Shown here piece by piece: positions 1 to 12,271 of a DNA stretch of 64,000 bases (position 1 is its first letter; each line of letters starts with the position of its first letter). The notes beneath the pieces are model-generated. The model saw only the letters and a list, made by a program, of their open reading frames with translations. It was not told the DNA's origin and searched no databases. The position numbers were made by a program, and so were the translations under genes. Origin of the DNA: Octopus bimaculoides. Lineage: Eukaryota. Location: the NCBI RefSeq assembly GCF_001194135.2, contig NC_068990.1:4359314-4423313 (forward strand), read 5' to 3'.

Positions 1-905
1 CTGTATCAATCTGGTTAAGTGCAATACTTAAGTATCTGAGAAAAATACTTTGAAATTCTGATGATTTTGATTGTAACCTCATCAATTAGATTAGTAAATT
101 ACTGTAGGTCATTGCAAGTGAAAAGATCATATACAGAGAGGTTCAGAAATAATATCTAATTAAAATTAATGTGAAGAGAACAAAAGTCTGATTATATGTC
201 ACACAATAATAGAATTTCTTGAAATTAACCAAAGATATTATCTGTTTATTACTATAATATACATGTGTCTATGTGTGGGTGTTTGAACTTTTGAACATTT
301 GCAATTGTCTTAAACTCTAAATGCACATTTTTACCAACTTTTAAATTCTTAAATTCTGAGGGAGGTGAGTCTGGAATGTATTTGTTATTCAAGGAATCTG
401 AGCTATGAAGAGCTCTGCATCTTTCTTTTCTTAGACAATCCAAGAACAGAAGCTTCTTTGTAGTTGCTTCATTTGCTGAAATAACATCCAAATCTCTCTC
501 AGATCACATTCTACTGTTCTTAAGAAATTAAGGGCTCACTGGATGATGATAGTGGTCTCTCATGTTGATTTTTCATAAATGAGCATCGAGTCATTTGATC
601 AAATGAGTGACCTGCTCATTGAATTAGCAGAGTATTTGATAGACATATGTATTTCAATGATATTCTCTGGTAGAATTAGTGTCACACAAGTGTTATAAAC
701 TTGGACCTTTTGAAGTACAAATGCAGTCCATCTTAAGGGTTTCTACAATTTTTGTCAAGCCAAATTCACTCACAAGTTTTATGTCAACCAAGGTTAAAAT
801 AAATGTACTTGCCCAAGATGCTACACAGTGAAATTGAACTCAAGCCTGTTTGATAGGGTTGACCTGGGGTTAAACACTAAAAACAACATATCTACAGTAG
901 CAAAG

Positions 906-977
906 TTTTAATTCATATCATATCTAGTAGTCAAGTATTTTAATTCATATCATATCAAGTAGTCAAGTATTTTAATT
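906..977. repeat. 32-bp tandem duplication (2 copies plus 8 bp)
   Basis: ttttaattcatatcatatc(t/a)agtagtcaagta at 906 and 938, with one mismatch. Confidence 0.9.
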
Positions 978-1539
978 TAAAATCCAGTGTGTCTACTAAT
1001 ATTGAATTTATTTTCTATTTTATCAAACTATATATATATTTTTATACTAACATTAAATATATATATATATATTTTGTTTTATTAATATATTAAGATTGTT
1101 AATTTCCAGGCAAGTAAGTATTTTAGTTAATGCTAAAAGATATCATAAAAATAAAATGAAATAAAATTCAAAACAATTGATTAATTTAAAAATAATATCT
1201 TATCTTGTGAATCAAATAATATAAAAGAAGTCCATTATAAACACTGGATAAAAAATTTTTGCATTTGAAATGATTCTTTATTTTAAAATGTTAGTTCAGG
1301 AAATAGCTGAAAATATTTCTATGTGGAAAGGAAATATAATATGAAAAATAAGTGATTGTCTTTGTAGTTAAAATTTAATTGAATATGCAAGCTATGAACT
1401 TAAATAGAAACCTTTTAAGCTGATGCATTTGCAATGTTCTATCTCATTTATTTGTTTATACACACATACATACATATATATACACACACACACACATTTT
1501 CTTTTAATTTAGTTTCATGCAGAATGAAGTGTCAGTTTC

Positions 1540-1710
1540 ATCATCATCATCATCATCATCGTTTAATGTCTGCTTTCCATGCTAGCATGGGTTGGACGAT
1601 TTGACTGAGGACTGGTGAAACCGGATGGCAACACCAGGCTCCAGTCTGATTTGGCAGAGTTTCTACAGCTGGATGCCCTTCCTAACGCCAACCACTCAGA
1701 GAGTGTAGTG
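1540..1710 (-). mobile_element. RTE 3'-end-derived short insertion with (GAT)n tail; young copy
   Basis: 1561-1710 differs from 62465-62614 at only 2 of 150 positions. The same 3' sequence terminates the RTE fragments at 16040-17010 and 53190-53580. Confidence 0.85.
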
Positions 1711-2566
1711 TAGTCTCAAAATAGATTTTCAACTTTCTCTTATGAAATAGCTTCATTACAACTACAAAAGAAAAAAAAGCCTGAAATACTTATTTAAAGA
1801 CTGCTCCCTTAGTCTCACAGTTGAAGATTATTTAGGATGTAGTTAATATAAGAACTTTGACATGTATTAACTAAAATTTTTGTAAAAGAGTTATAAATTT
1901 TGAGTAAAGAATCAGTATTTTAATCAAATTTCTAAAAATCATACTCCAATCTTCGTATCTTTGTTCCAGTGGCTCTTGAAATTATCTTTTGGAATAAATA
2001 TATTATGGATGATATTTATATTAACTTATCAGCAATTATGAGATAATTCTCAAACAGAATTACTTAATATGATATAATAATTACAAATATAAAATAGCGA
2101 TATCGGAATTATTGAAGTTGATGATTTTTAAAGCTATTATTCACTGGTGCTGACATGAACATTAAATCATACAGAAACAAAATTTTCACAACATAGAAAC
2201 AAAATTCAGTAAAACTAAAAATGAATTATATAAACTAGAAAAATCCTTCGTTACATCACAGAAACTGATATTAAAATATTTATGAAAAGTGGGTTTTAGG
2301 CATGAAACAAGAATAACATTGTTTTGAAGAAGAGCTAGATATAATTGCAATTTGTTTCAGTACCTGAAAAATGTTGCACTAGATTTGATATCAAAATGAC
2401 TATTATGGAAGTGGGGGGGGGGGGGAATCAATGGTTTGTGGTATTTAAGAATGACAGATAATTCTGAGATAATATAACATATTACATTAATGTAGTTATT
2501 GACACCTGTACTTTTCCTTATATGCTAAGTGACATTTCTTAATTCAAACAAATATCAATATACGTA

Positions 2567-2602
<36 letters not shown>

Positions 2603-3004
2603 CACATGAACACGCTTTAAAAATTCCTTGGTGATGATATTACAAAGAAAACTTTGAGATCAAAGAATAGGAAATATTAAATTAGCAAATAATTGTAAAA
2701 GAAATAAAACAAACTTTGACATACAGCATTGACTGGAAAACTAACAGAACATAAAAGAGAAATATACGAAACATGAATCAGGAGAATGTAGTCATCAAAG
2801 AAATGATAATCAATAATAGATTAGTGTATTAATTAAAGAGGAAAAGAGGCTTGGTAAGTAAATATTACAAAAAAGAAGAAAAGAATTAGATTAACATCCA
2901 GTACAGCCGGAAGAAAGAAGGGGAAAAAAAGATAAGATGTAAGACCCCCCCCCCCCACATACACACACATTTATATATATTAATACATGTGATGATTGTA
3001 TGTG

Positions 3005-3052
<48 letters not shown>

Positions 3053-3323
3053 GTGTGTACAGTAAGAAGTAAGACGTATGGGTTAGAGCTCCATGTAGAT
3101 TAACATTATCCAGTCAACTTCCAGTACACTGGTTAGCTGACCACTGTACTTAGTAGTATTACTAGTTATCATATATAGAAGAAACTAAGATAACAGTTTG
3201 AATATTTAGTTACCAGAGAAATATTTTATTGCATTCTGTTACAGAAATCAAATATACATATATGTATGTATATAAGTATGTATATATAAGTATATATACA
3301 TATGTAAGTACATATAAGTATAT

Positions 3324-3455
3324 ATTTATTATTCTTATACAAGAATGTTGTTGAGTGACTTTGAAGTTTCAGTCAATTAAGCCATTGTCTGATTGCTTAA
3401 CTGGCCAAAATTTCGAAGTCATTCTCAACAATATTCTTGTATAAGAATTATAAAT
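3324..3455. repeat. Long inverted repeat (arms about 60 bp, short loop)
   Basis: Left arm atttattattcttatacaagaatgttgttgagtgactttgaagtttcagtcaattaagc is the near reverse complement of gcttaactggccaaaatttcgaagtcattctcaacaatattcttgtataagaattataaat. Confidence 0.9.
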
Positions 3456-3535
3456 TTAATCTCTACAAAGTATAAAGTAACCCATCAAATTAAGATTTTT
3501 ATTATAATTGAACATGACCACAAATACTAATATAA

Positions 3536-3543
<8 letters not shown>

Positions 3544-3613
<70 letters not shown>
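3544..3613. repeat. (TA)n microsatellite
   Basis: Direct reading. Similar runs occur at about 2570-2598, 3009-3048, 24005-24068 and 38851-38908. Confidence 0.95.
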
Positions 3614-3615
<2 letters not shown>

Positions 3616-4329
3616 GTGCATATATATGTGTGTTTGTGTGCATGTACATACACACACACACAAACAATAAGTACATTTTGTGCTAATCTAACTTCCTTTC
3701 CAAAGTTAAGAATAAAAGAGTTCTTAATTAATACTATACCATCTCATTTTAGAACAGTTCAGAATCTGTAATATTCGTAAGATGGACTCCTGTATAGTGT
3801 CTCTCAACCTACACATGATAGCAATAAAATATTTTTTTACAAATCCTTAACATCGAAATGAGAACTAGCTACTCTAAAGTTTAAATCTGAAGACAATGAT
3901 ATAGTCACAATAAATATAAAGCGAACAAGCCTAGAGCACAAATTGACATGAATGAATCAAACAGAATAGCATTTATGCTCATGTAGAGACTATTCAGAAA
4001 CCTTATGGCATGAATTGTTCCAATAGAAAAATTACCAATCTGAAAGTAAGCACTTTTTAAAAATGGCTTTAATACATCTGCCAAGCTTGCATGTGTACTG
4101 TATTTTCAGGAATCCATTATCCATAAATAAAATCTTCTGACTCGTAGAAACTATATAAAGATTTAACAGCAGAGATATTTAAACTGTTTTTATAAAAATC
4201 TTTTTACCCTTCTTTTTCTTCTTTCTAGTTTTTGTTTATGTTTAAATTTATTTTATTGTGTAAGGGTTATTAAATACCTTTCTATGGTCTGCATGCTTTA
4301 CGTGAATTTTGAAATTGAGTTGTCTTTTA

Positions 4330-4810
<481 letters not shown>

Positions 4811-6478
4811 CTAGTGCGGTAAGAAATAAATAAATAACAAAATAATTTGGGGCCTAGGAATCAATGATATTTTGGATATTTGAAATACCTCATTATAGAG
4901 CAGAACAATACCAAATATTTATGATTGTTGTGGAAAATGGTTTTGTTTGCAATATAGCACTAAATGACAAAAGTGGAAAAAAACAAACTTTAAAGACAAG
5001 GTTGCCATCAAAACAAAAAAAAACAAAAATGATTTTAGTGAAGGTCTAGACTCTTCCCAGAACCATAATGGTAAAATCTCCTAGGGATTCCTTCAGGTCA
5101 ATAATCTACTAGAAATAGCATCCGAATTTTTCTGAAACCACACCATAACATTTTAAACAAAGAAGAATATATTTAAATAATGTAATACTAGGCATATTGT
5201 GTCTGAAAATAATGCAGAACGATAATGGTTAGAATATCTTTGATCATAGATTGTCTGATTATAGCCATTTTCGGAGTAAACAAGTGCATACTAATTCAGA
5301 ACATGTACATTTGAAAACAGCAAACATAATGCATTAACAAGTCACTCTTACATTATTTCACACCTAATTTCAATATAGTAGGGCAACAAATATTTTAACT
5401 AAGCTAGAAACATTAAACTCAGTCATCAAACTAATAGCAACTTCTCATCAACATTAACTGTTACCCAGATGACTTTGGATAAACAACTACCCATTATCAT
5501 TTGAACACATTCACACATAAAAATATTTACCAATTGCAATATTGATTCTGGAACTAAATTCTGCACTGAGTTACCAACCACTAACTCAGACTGAAAAAAG
5601 AACATAACACTCTTTGAACTGTGATACTGCATTCTACATAAACTGTTACTCCATTTAGATCAGACTGAAACATGTATCCTAATTTGCTTGATAAGAGCTG
5701 ACCATCATTATTAAGCAACAATAACAATAATATTAACATCATCAACAACTACAAATCCTTAAAACCTCCACTAAATGTTATTGATGTTAATCTGAGGTCA
5801 TCCACGGCCAAAGGTGTTATGTCTATATCCATCTTGCAATTTTCTATATCTAGAGTGATATTGCTCAGTGTGTCCTTCTTTTTTAAGGTGGGAGATTGTG
5901 AATGGAAAGAGATGAGGATGCTATTTTGAGTAGGTCATGCGACCATGTGGAAGAATCCCCTCATTATCTTATCTCTACCAAATTACCAAAGTTGGTGCTT
6001 GAAATTACATTTGGTTTCTTAAAAACTACCAAAAATGTAAGAAATAATTAATTTCAGAAAACAACTAAAAACAAAAGAAATAACAAAAATTCAGTTCCAA
6101 TTAAAATAGGTTTTGCAATTTTTTTAAAAAATCAATAAATGCCACAGTCAGGCAAGAGCATTGTAATGCTCAAAATTGCAGCATTAAAATAACTAGAAAC
6201 AATGACTCACTAAAATTACTTGAGAAAATAGTATAAAAAAAAAAAAATTGACAAGGAAACTATAATGAAATGCCTGGGAGATAGGTGAGCAATATAATTA
6301 ATGGTGTAACAAATATAAATCTCTACCTGATATATCTACATCACCAGATATATAATCAGCCATGTAGAAGTGGCTTGTGGGTGATGTAGAAGAGAAAGAA
6401 AATAGTCTACATATATATCTATTTTTTTCAATATGCATATATACATGTATGTGTGTATGTATATATATATATATATAT

Positions 6479-6778
6479 NNNNNNNNNNNNNNNNNNNNNN
6501 NNNNNNNNNNNNNNNNNNNNNNNNNNNNNNNNNNNNNNNNNNNNNNNNNNNNNNNNNNNNNNNNNNNNNNNNNNNNNNNNNNNNNNNNNNNNNNNNNNNN
6601 NNNNNNNNNNNNNNNNNNNNNNNNNNNNNNNNNNNNNNNNNNNNNNNNNNNNNNNNNNNNNNNNNNNNNNNNNNNNNNNNNNNNNNNNNNNNNNNNNNNN
6701 NNNNNNNNNNNNNNNNNNNNNNNNNNNNNNNNNNNNNNNNNNNNNNNNNNNNNNNNNNNNNNNNNNNNNNNNNNNNNN
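6479..6778. other. Assembly gap (300 N)
   Basis: N run. Confidence 1.
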
Positions 6779-7026
6779 AATATCAAAAGTAGAACAAACC
6801 TCAGTCTAAAGTTCACTAATGACATAGACTTTGAATCAAGTAGAATTAAATTATGAAGAGAAACACTAAACAGTGTAATTCTTTCTACTATAAGCACAGC
6901 ATCTGAAATTTTGGGGAAGGGGATTAGTTGATTAAATCGACTACAGTACTCAGCTGGTACTTATTTTTATTGAAGCTGACTACAGTGTTCAGCTGCAGTT
7001 CTATATCTAAGAGATGAGCAATTATA

Positions 7027-7290
7027 TACATTATTTACAATTGACAGATATTTGTCCTCATCTTGTTTGTTGTTAACACAATGTTTTGGCTGATATACCC
7101 TCCAGCCTTCATCAGTTGTCTTGGGGAAATTCCAAACCTGGGTTCTCATTCCTAAGGCATTTTTCAATGTTGTTGTTGCTATTATTATTATTATTATTAT
7201 TATTATCATTATTATTATTCAGATCACTGCCTGGAATCGAATTTGGAATCATGAGGTTAGTAGCCCGCACTCTTAACCACTACACCATAT
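7027..7290 (-). mobile_element. SINE-like element: tRNA-like head, (AAT)n, and a hammerhead-motif-bearing tail (full-length copy)
   Basis: The minus strand starts atatggtgtagtggttaagagtgcgggctactaacc (A-box TGGTGTAGTGG), has a degenerate B-box aattcgattcc, then (AAT)n, then a tail containing ctgatga-a-ggctg...cagcc-aaaac (7119-7076). Confidence 0.75.
7076..7119 (-). ncRNA. Minimal type I hammerhead ribozyme motif (G12 to A, probably inactive)
   Basis: The minus strand reads acaa-CTGATGA-a-ggctg[gagggtatat]cagcc-aaaac-att-gtgt. Confidence 0.5.
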
Positions 7291-7298
7291 ACCCAGTC

Positions 7299-7312
7299 AT
7301 ATGGTGTAGTGA

Positions 7313-7371
<59 letters not shown>

Positions 7372-7509
7372 TCGAAAAGTACTTTAGGAATGAGAACCCA
7401 GGTTTGAAATTTCCCCAAGACACCTGATGAAGGCTGGTGGGTATATCAGCCGAAACGTGTTAACAACAAACAAGATGAGAACAAATATCCATCAATTGTA
7501 AATAATGTA
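7299..7509 (+). mobile_element. Second copy of the same element, inverted, with most of the tRNA head deleted
   Basis: atatggtgtagtg is fused to acctgaataataat at an agtg microhomology. The tail is the reverse complement of 7027-7220. Confidence 0.8.
7420..7461 (+). ncRNA. Minimal type I hammerhead ribozyme motif (degenerate at the cleavage site)
   Basis: acac-CTGATGA-a-ggctg[gtgggtatat]cagcc-GAAAC-gtgtt has the catalytic core and a perfect 5-bp stem II. The bases needed for the NUH triplet plus stem I are partly deleted relative to the sister copy. Confidence 0.6.
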
Positions 7510-9057
7510 AATAGTGCTCAGCTGGTACTTATTTTTATTGAAGCTGAAAGAATGAAAGGCAAAATCGACCTCACCAGAATTTGAACTCAGAATATAGAAC
7601 CAGAAGAAAATGCCATTGAGCATTTTGTCGGGCCTGCTAGCAATTCTGCCCATGCTGCCTTAGAAACACTGCACTGTGTGAAAGTAATGAAAGTTTTCTT
7701 AAGAAACATTGATTAGAACTTTAGGAGATAAACTAAGACACAAGGAATACAGATTAAAACCTTACAAGAATAACAGTATGAGATCCTCATTACACAATAT
7801 ACAGTTTAATGGATTTCAAGAAAGAGAAACAGAACTATTTTGGTTTCAGTTATTCTATAATTTTGTTATTAATGTTTATTCATGTTAGCAATCTCCCATC
7901 AGTTATGAAAACATGGCATCGTCTTATCTTACTCATTTACACTTTAACCAATTAATTTCCTGAGAATTGATACCACCTCAAAGCTTTCTGAGCAAAAAAA
8001 ATCAATACACAAATTTGTTCTTGTACATTATAATAGTTTTGTCCAATAGATTACTTCAAATTATTATAAAATTAGATAAAGTATTGCCACAATTTTAGAT
8101 CTTCTCTACTTCACTGATGATACAATTTCACTTTTCTGTGGAAGTGAGAGTAAAAACACTTTTTCATAAGTTCAGTGATTTATAGAAATACGAGACTTAA
8201 CATAACTTAACATAATAAAGCAAAACATTGTTTGCTTGGTTAAGTTGGACGTACTTTAGATACCTCTTCTGATACATTTGTTCATCAGTTTTATATTTGT
8301 TTTTCTATGCTAGCATGTGTAAGATCAATATGTATCGACGCATTATTTTACTTCTGGATCCCTTTCTATCACTAAGTATTACATATTTTTCAAGTAATTG
8401 ATTTTTCATTCTATTCATCTTTGAAACAACAAAGTTATGGTATAATTTATTAGCAGTGAATATCTACAAATGTTACTGTTTCATGATTCAACACTTTCAT
8501 GCAAGGGTGTGGAATGTAAACATTCATATAGACACACACATACACATGCATGCACACAAACATACATACACATGTGCGCACACACACACACACACACAAA
8601 CATGCACACATGGACACACAGATACACATACATACAGACACACACACACTATGAGCTTCTATACTGTTTCTGTCTACCAATTCCACTCAGCCTTAAGTTT
8701 CAGTAGAAGATACTTAAGGTACCACACGGTATGACATAACTGCCTATACCTCAAATACTGAATATAAATGATAAATTGATACAAAGAATGAATGGTGATA
8801 CTTCAACTATGCCTTTCCTATGTATACAAATAAATGATAATAAAATTAAATAGGTCTGACATGTTAATTTAATTAACCTGAAGATTTCAAAGTTACCTTA
8901 ATTGCAAAAAATTTCATTCTGTGACTTACTAGCTTAAAAATTCCTTTTCATATTTTGTAGTTCATTACAAATTAGTATAATGTGTACACAAAATTATACC
9001 ATGTATGACTGAGTAAACATGTGAAAAAACAACTGATTGGGCCTACTTTATAAACTA

Positions 9058-10327
9058 TCAGGCTGAGTAAAAAGTAAGCAACGTTTTGAGACATGAAATT
9101 CATCACAATATATTTCAACAATGCAGAAATTTTATTCATCAAAGTACCATTACAATCAACACATTTTTGCCACTGAGTTACAAGTTTGTTTATTCTGGTA
9201 ACATTAAAATCTGGAGTTCTGGAGCTGATGAACTCTTTGAATGCACTTTCAGCATTGGTTTGAATTTTGAAATCATTCTCTCGTAGAAAACCTTCAAGGT
9301 GTTTGAAAAGTGGTAGTTGGTAGGAGAAAAGTCTGGGGAATAAGCTGGATGAAGAAGAACTTCGTAGCCAAGTTCCCTCAACTTTTGGAGCGCTATTAGT
9401 GTAATGTGTGGTTGAGCATTGTCATGAAGAAGGATTGGTCCTCTTCTGTTGACCAGTCTGGGACAGAGGAGTAGCAGTTTTTTGTTCATTTTGGCAATTT
9501 CATGGCAATATGTTTCTGCAGTAATGGTTTTTCTGGATTTTAAGAAGTTATGGTGGATGAGTCCAGCAGTACACCACCAAACAGTCACCATAATTTTTTT
9601 TTTTGAAGAGCTCAGATTGAGGGAAGGTTTTCGGTGCATCGTTTTAGTTCAACCACTGTGATGAACGTTTTTTATTATTGTACAGAATCCACTTTTCATT
9701 GGAAGTTGCAATATGGTCGAGAAATGGATTGGTGTGGTTACAGAGAAGAAGCAATGAACAAATTTCATATCTGTGCATTTTCTGATCTTCATTCAAATCA
9801 TGTGGTACACATTTGTCAAGCTTTTTTGATTTTCTGATCACATGGTTGCAGGCAGTTTTCTGGCTAACTTGAAATTCTTTTGACAGTTCTTGAGTGGTGT
9901 ACATGGATATTTCTCAATGACAGTCTTTAATTGTCCATCATAGATGACAAATGGGCGTCCACTAGGCTCACGATCAAAGCTCAGGTCTCCACTGTGAAAA
10001 CATTTAAACCATTTTCGAATTGACTACACATTGGTCATTTTTTTCACCAAATGTTTCGTTGATATTGCAGTTTCTGCTGTTTTACATACTTTTTTGAAGT
10101 TGAATAGCACAATTGCTTGAATATCACACTTTGACAGTTCCATTTCAGATGATTGTAACAATGATTAAAAAAAATATCAATGTTAATTTATTAATGCATT
10201 TGGGCAAGCCTATGTCTGTATTATCAGACAATTGCAAAAATATGTTTAAAAAAAAGTCAAAACTCTGCAAAAATCCGGTACAAATTCTTCATGGTTCAAA
10301 ACATTGCTTACTTTTCACTCAACCTGA
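9058..10327 (-). mobile_element. Full-length mariner transposon (1270 bp)
   Basis: The 26-bp TIRs tcaggctgagtaaaaagtaagcaacg and (reverse complement) tcaggttgagtgaaaagtaagcaatg match at 23/26. TA lies at both flanks (9056-57, 10328-29). Confidence 0.95.
9133..10143 (-). pseudogene. Disrupted mariner transposase
   Basis: ATG at 10143 (MELSKCDIQAIVLFNFKK), then WILYNNKKRSSQWL, KIMVTVWW, LLHDNAQPH and HPAYSPDFSPTNYHF motifs, broken by frameshifts and stops. Confidence 0.92.
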
Positions 10328-10852
10328 TATTAGAAGTGCACTTCTTCATTCAACAAATCCACTCTATCATCAATATGGTGTCATAGTTCAATTAAGTCTG
10401 TAGCATAATATATTTCTACATGTCCAAGAGGCTCAGCGTTTTCATGTTTGGCATAGAAAATGTAGAAGGGATTAGTGGTTTACAACAATGCCATCAACAC
10501 TATCATCCTTCACCACGTGTAATGTTTGCCTTCCATGTTGACATAGGTTAGATGTTTCGACAGGAGTTTGCAAACCAGAGAGCTGCAGAAGGCTCCATTA
10601 TCTGCTTTGTCATGATTTCTATGGCAAGTGTAACAAGTGATGGGGAGAGAAATTGGAGTGGCTGGGAGGAGGAATATGGTAGATATGTGAGGACATGGAG
10701 AGTGTGCAGATAGGCATGTGAGGGAGAGTGGAGGGGCCTGCAGAGGGTAGTAATCATGGGTGTTGGGATGACATACATTGGGAAGATGGGTAGTGAGGAA
10801 GTTTTGACAGAGGATAGATTGTGTGTGCATGTATGATGGGGGAACAGTTTTC

Positions 10853-11510
10853 ACTTAGCTCGATGTGTCTTCTCAAGAAGCACAGCAAATTTCCAGAAGT
10901 CTCAGTCCTTAGACATCTGTGAGGTTCAACATTTGAAGATCAAATCTCAACCACTTAGATCAGCATTTCTTTATGCACCTGTCTGCATCCATATACATCA
11001 CATGACCATATCAGTGCAATCTTCTCTCTTGAACACACTACATCTGATGCTATTTATACCCAATTTTTTCTTTAAAACATTCATACTCTGTTGCACATAC
11101 ACACTCACATTACATATCCAGTGGAGCATGCTGGCTTCTTTTCTTTCAAGGCTTCACTTGTTCTTGGCAGTCACAGCTTATGTTTCCCTGCATGTTGCAT
11201 AGCTGTCCATACACAGGCATCATACAATCTGCTTCTGACTCTAATGGAGAGGCCCTATATTATCAACAAAGGCAATTGCTCTCTTAGCTTCGCCCAGCCC
11301 ATTCTTATTCTACCAACTAAGCTTTCTGAGCATCCTTCTCCACTGCTAACTTGGTTGTCTGAGTAATGGAAACTATCAACCTACACCTTTTCTACATACT
11401 GAGTAGGACCTTTTCCTGGAAGGGGTTAGTAATTAGTCTGCTTTCCTACTTTGGCTTTTGTTAATTTAACTCTAAGGCCCTTTGATTTCAGACCTGCTTC
11501 CACTCCTGAA
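10853..11510 (-). mobile_element. RTE LINE fragment (RT C-terminal region and 3' end)
   Basis: The minus strand gives remnants of KGLRVNL...DSFHYSDNQVSSGEGCSESLVGRIRIGWAKLRE, paralogous to 16049-16237. Confidence 0.85.
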
Positions 11511-12206
11511 ATTATTTGACAGAATAAGTCTTAACTGAATATCATATATATGCTTTCACTTTGAGTGAAGTATACAACATAATATTCATGATACTACTGA
11601 AATGTATTTCCTGGGTAAAGAGTTGCGGACTTATAATGTCTGTCAGGGGAATTTTAAAAGATCTTCAAGATTCAGCGAATTAGATATTGGACTCTTTAGA
11701 TTTGTCTTTCAAATTGTTAATATTCATATTTGAATTTAATGAATTACAAAACTACTTCAAAAATAAATTCTAATTCTAAACTCAGTAGTTTTTAAAATAT
11801 TCTTAAAGATAAATATGTTTAATATCTCATGTTTCATAGTTTTTTGTTTCTTTCATATTATTTATGTCAATTGTTTGCATCACAAATTGAAAAAGAAAAT
11901 AAGAATTATGTTATTTTGTTCATAATTATTTGAAAACTGAGATCTTTTAAGAAGATATCAATGCATATTGTATGTATATTGTATTTTATGTAAGATTTTC
12001 ATTTTCAAAATAAATAGACAATTCTACACAGAAAGTTACAATAATAAAACTGAAATTACACAATATCTTATCTTACTTTACATAAATAAAAAATTATTGT
12101 GACAGTCATTAAATAAATAGTGTATGGGGTTAAATAAATGGTGTATAAAAGTCAATCAAAAGTTTAAAGCATTTTTTGACAAAATTTCTAATGTTAGATG
12201 GATATA

Positions 12207-12271
<65 letters not shown>

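Noticed and set aside
252-491. 79-aa minus-strand ORF as a terminal exon
   Set aside because: It starts at TTG, has an in-frame TGA just upstream, no good acceptor and no recognisable homology. ORFs this short are expected by chance in 64 kb.
1101-1119. ttccag-gcaa-gtaagt as a 4-nt microexon or GC donor
   Set aside because: It is antisense to the host gene, has no supporting partner exon and is too short to evaluate.
2413-2956. G13 and C12 runs as an inverted pair
   Set aside because: Homopolymers only, with no flanking complementarity.
7225-7290. tRNA gene
   Set aside because: A- and B-box-like motifs are present, but there is no complete cloverleaf or terminator. It is a SINE head.
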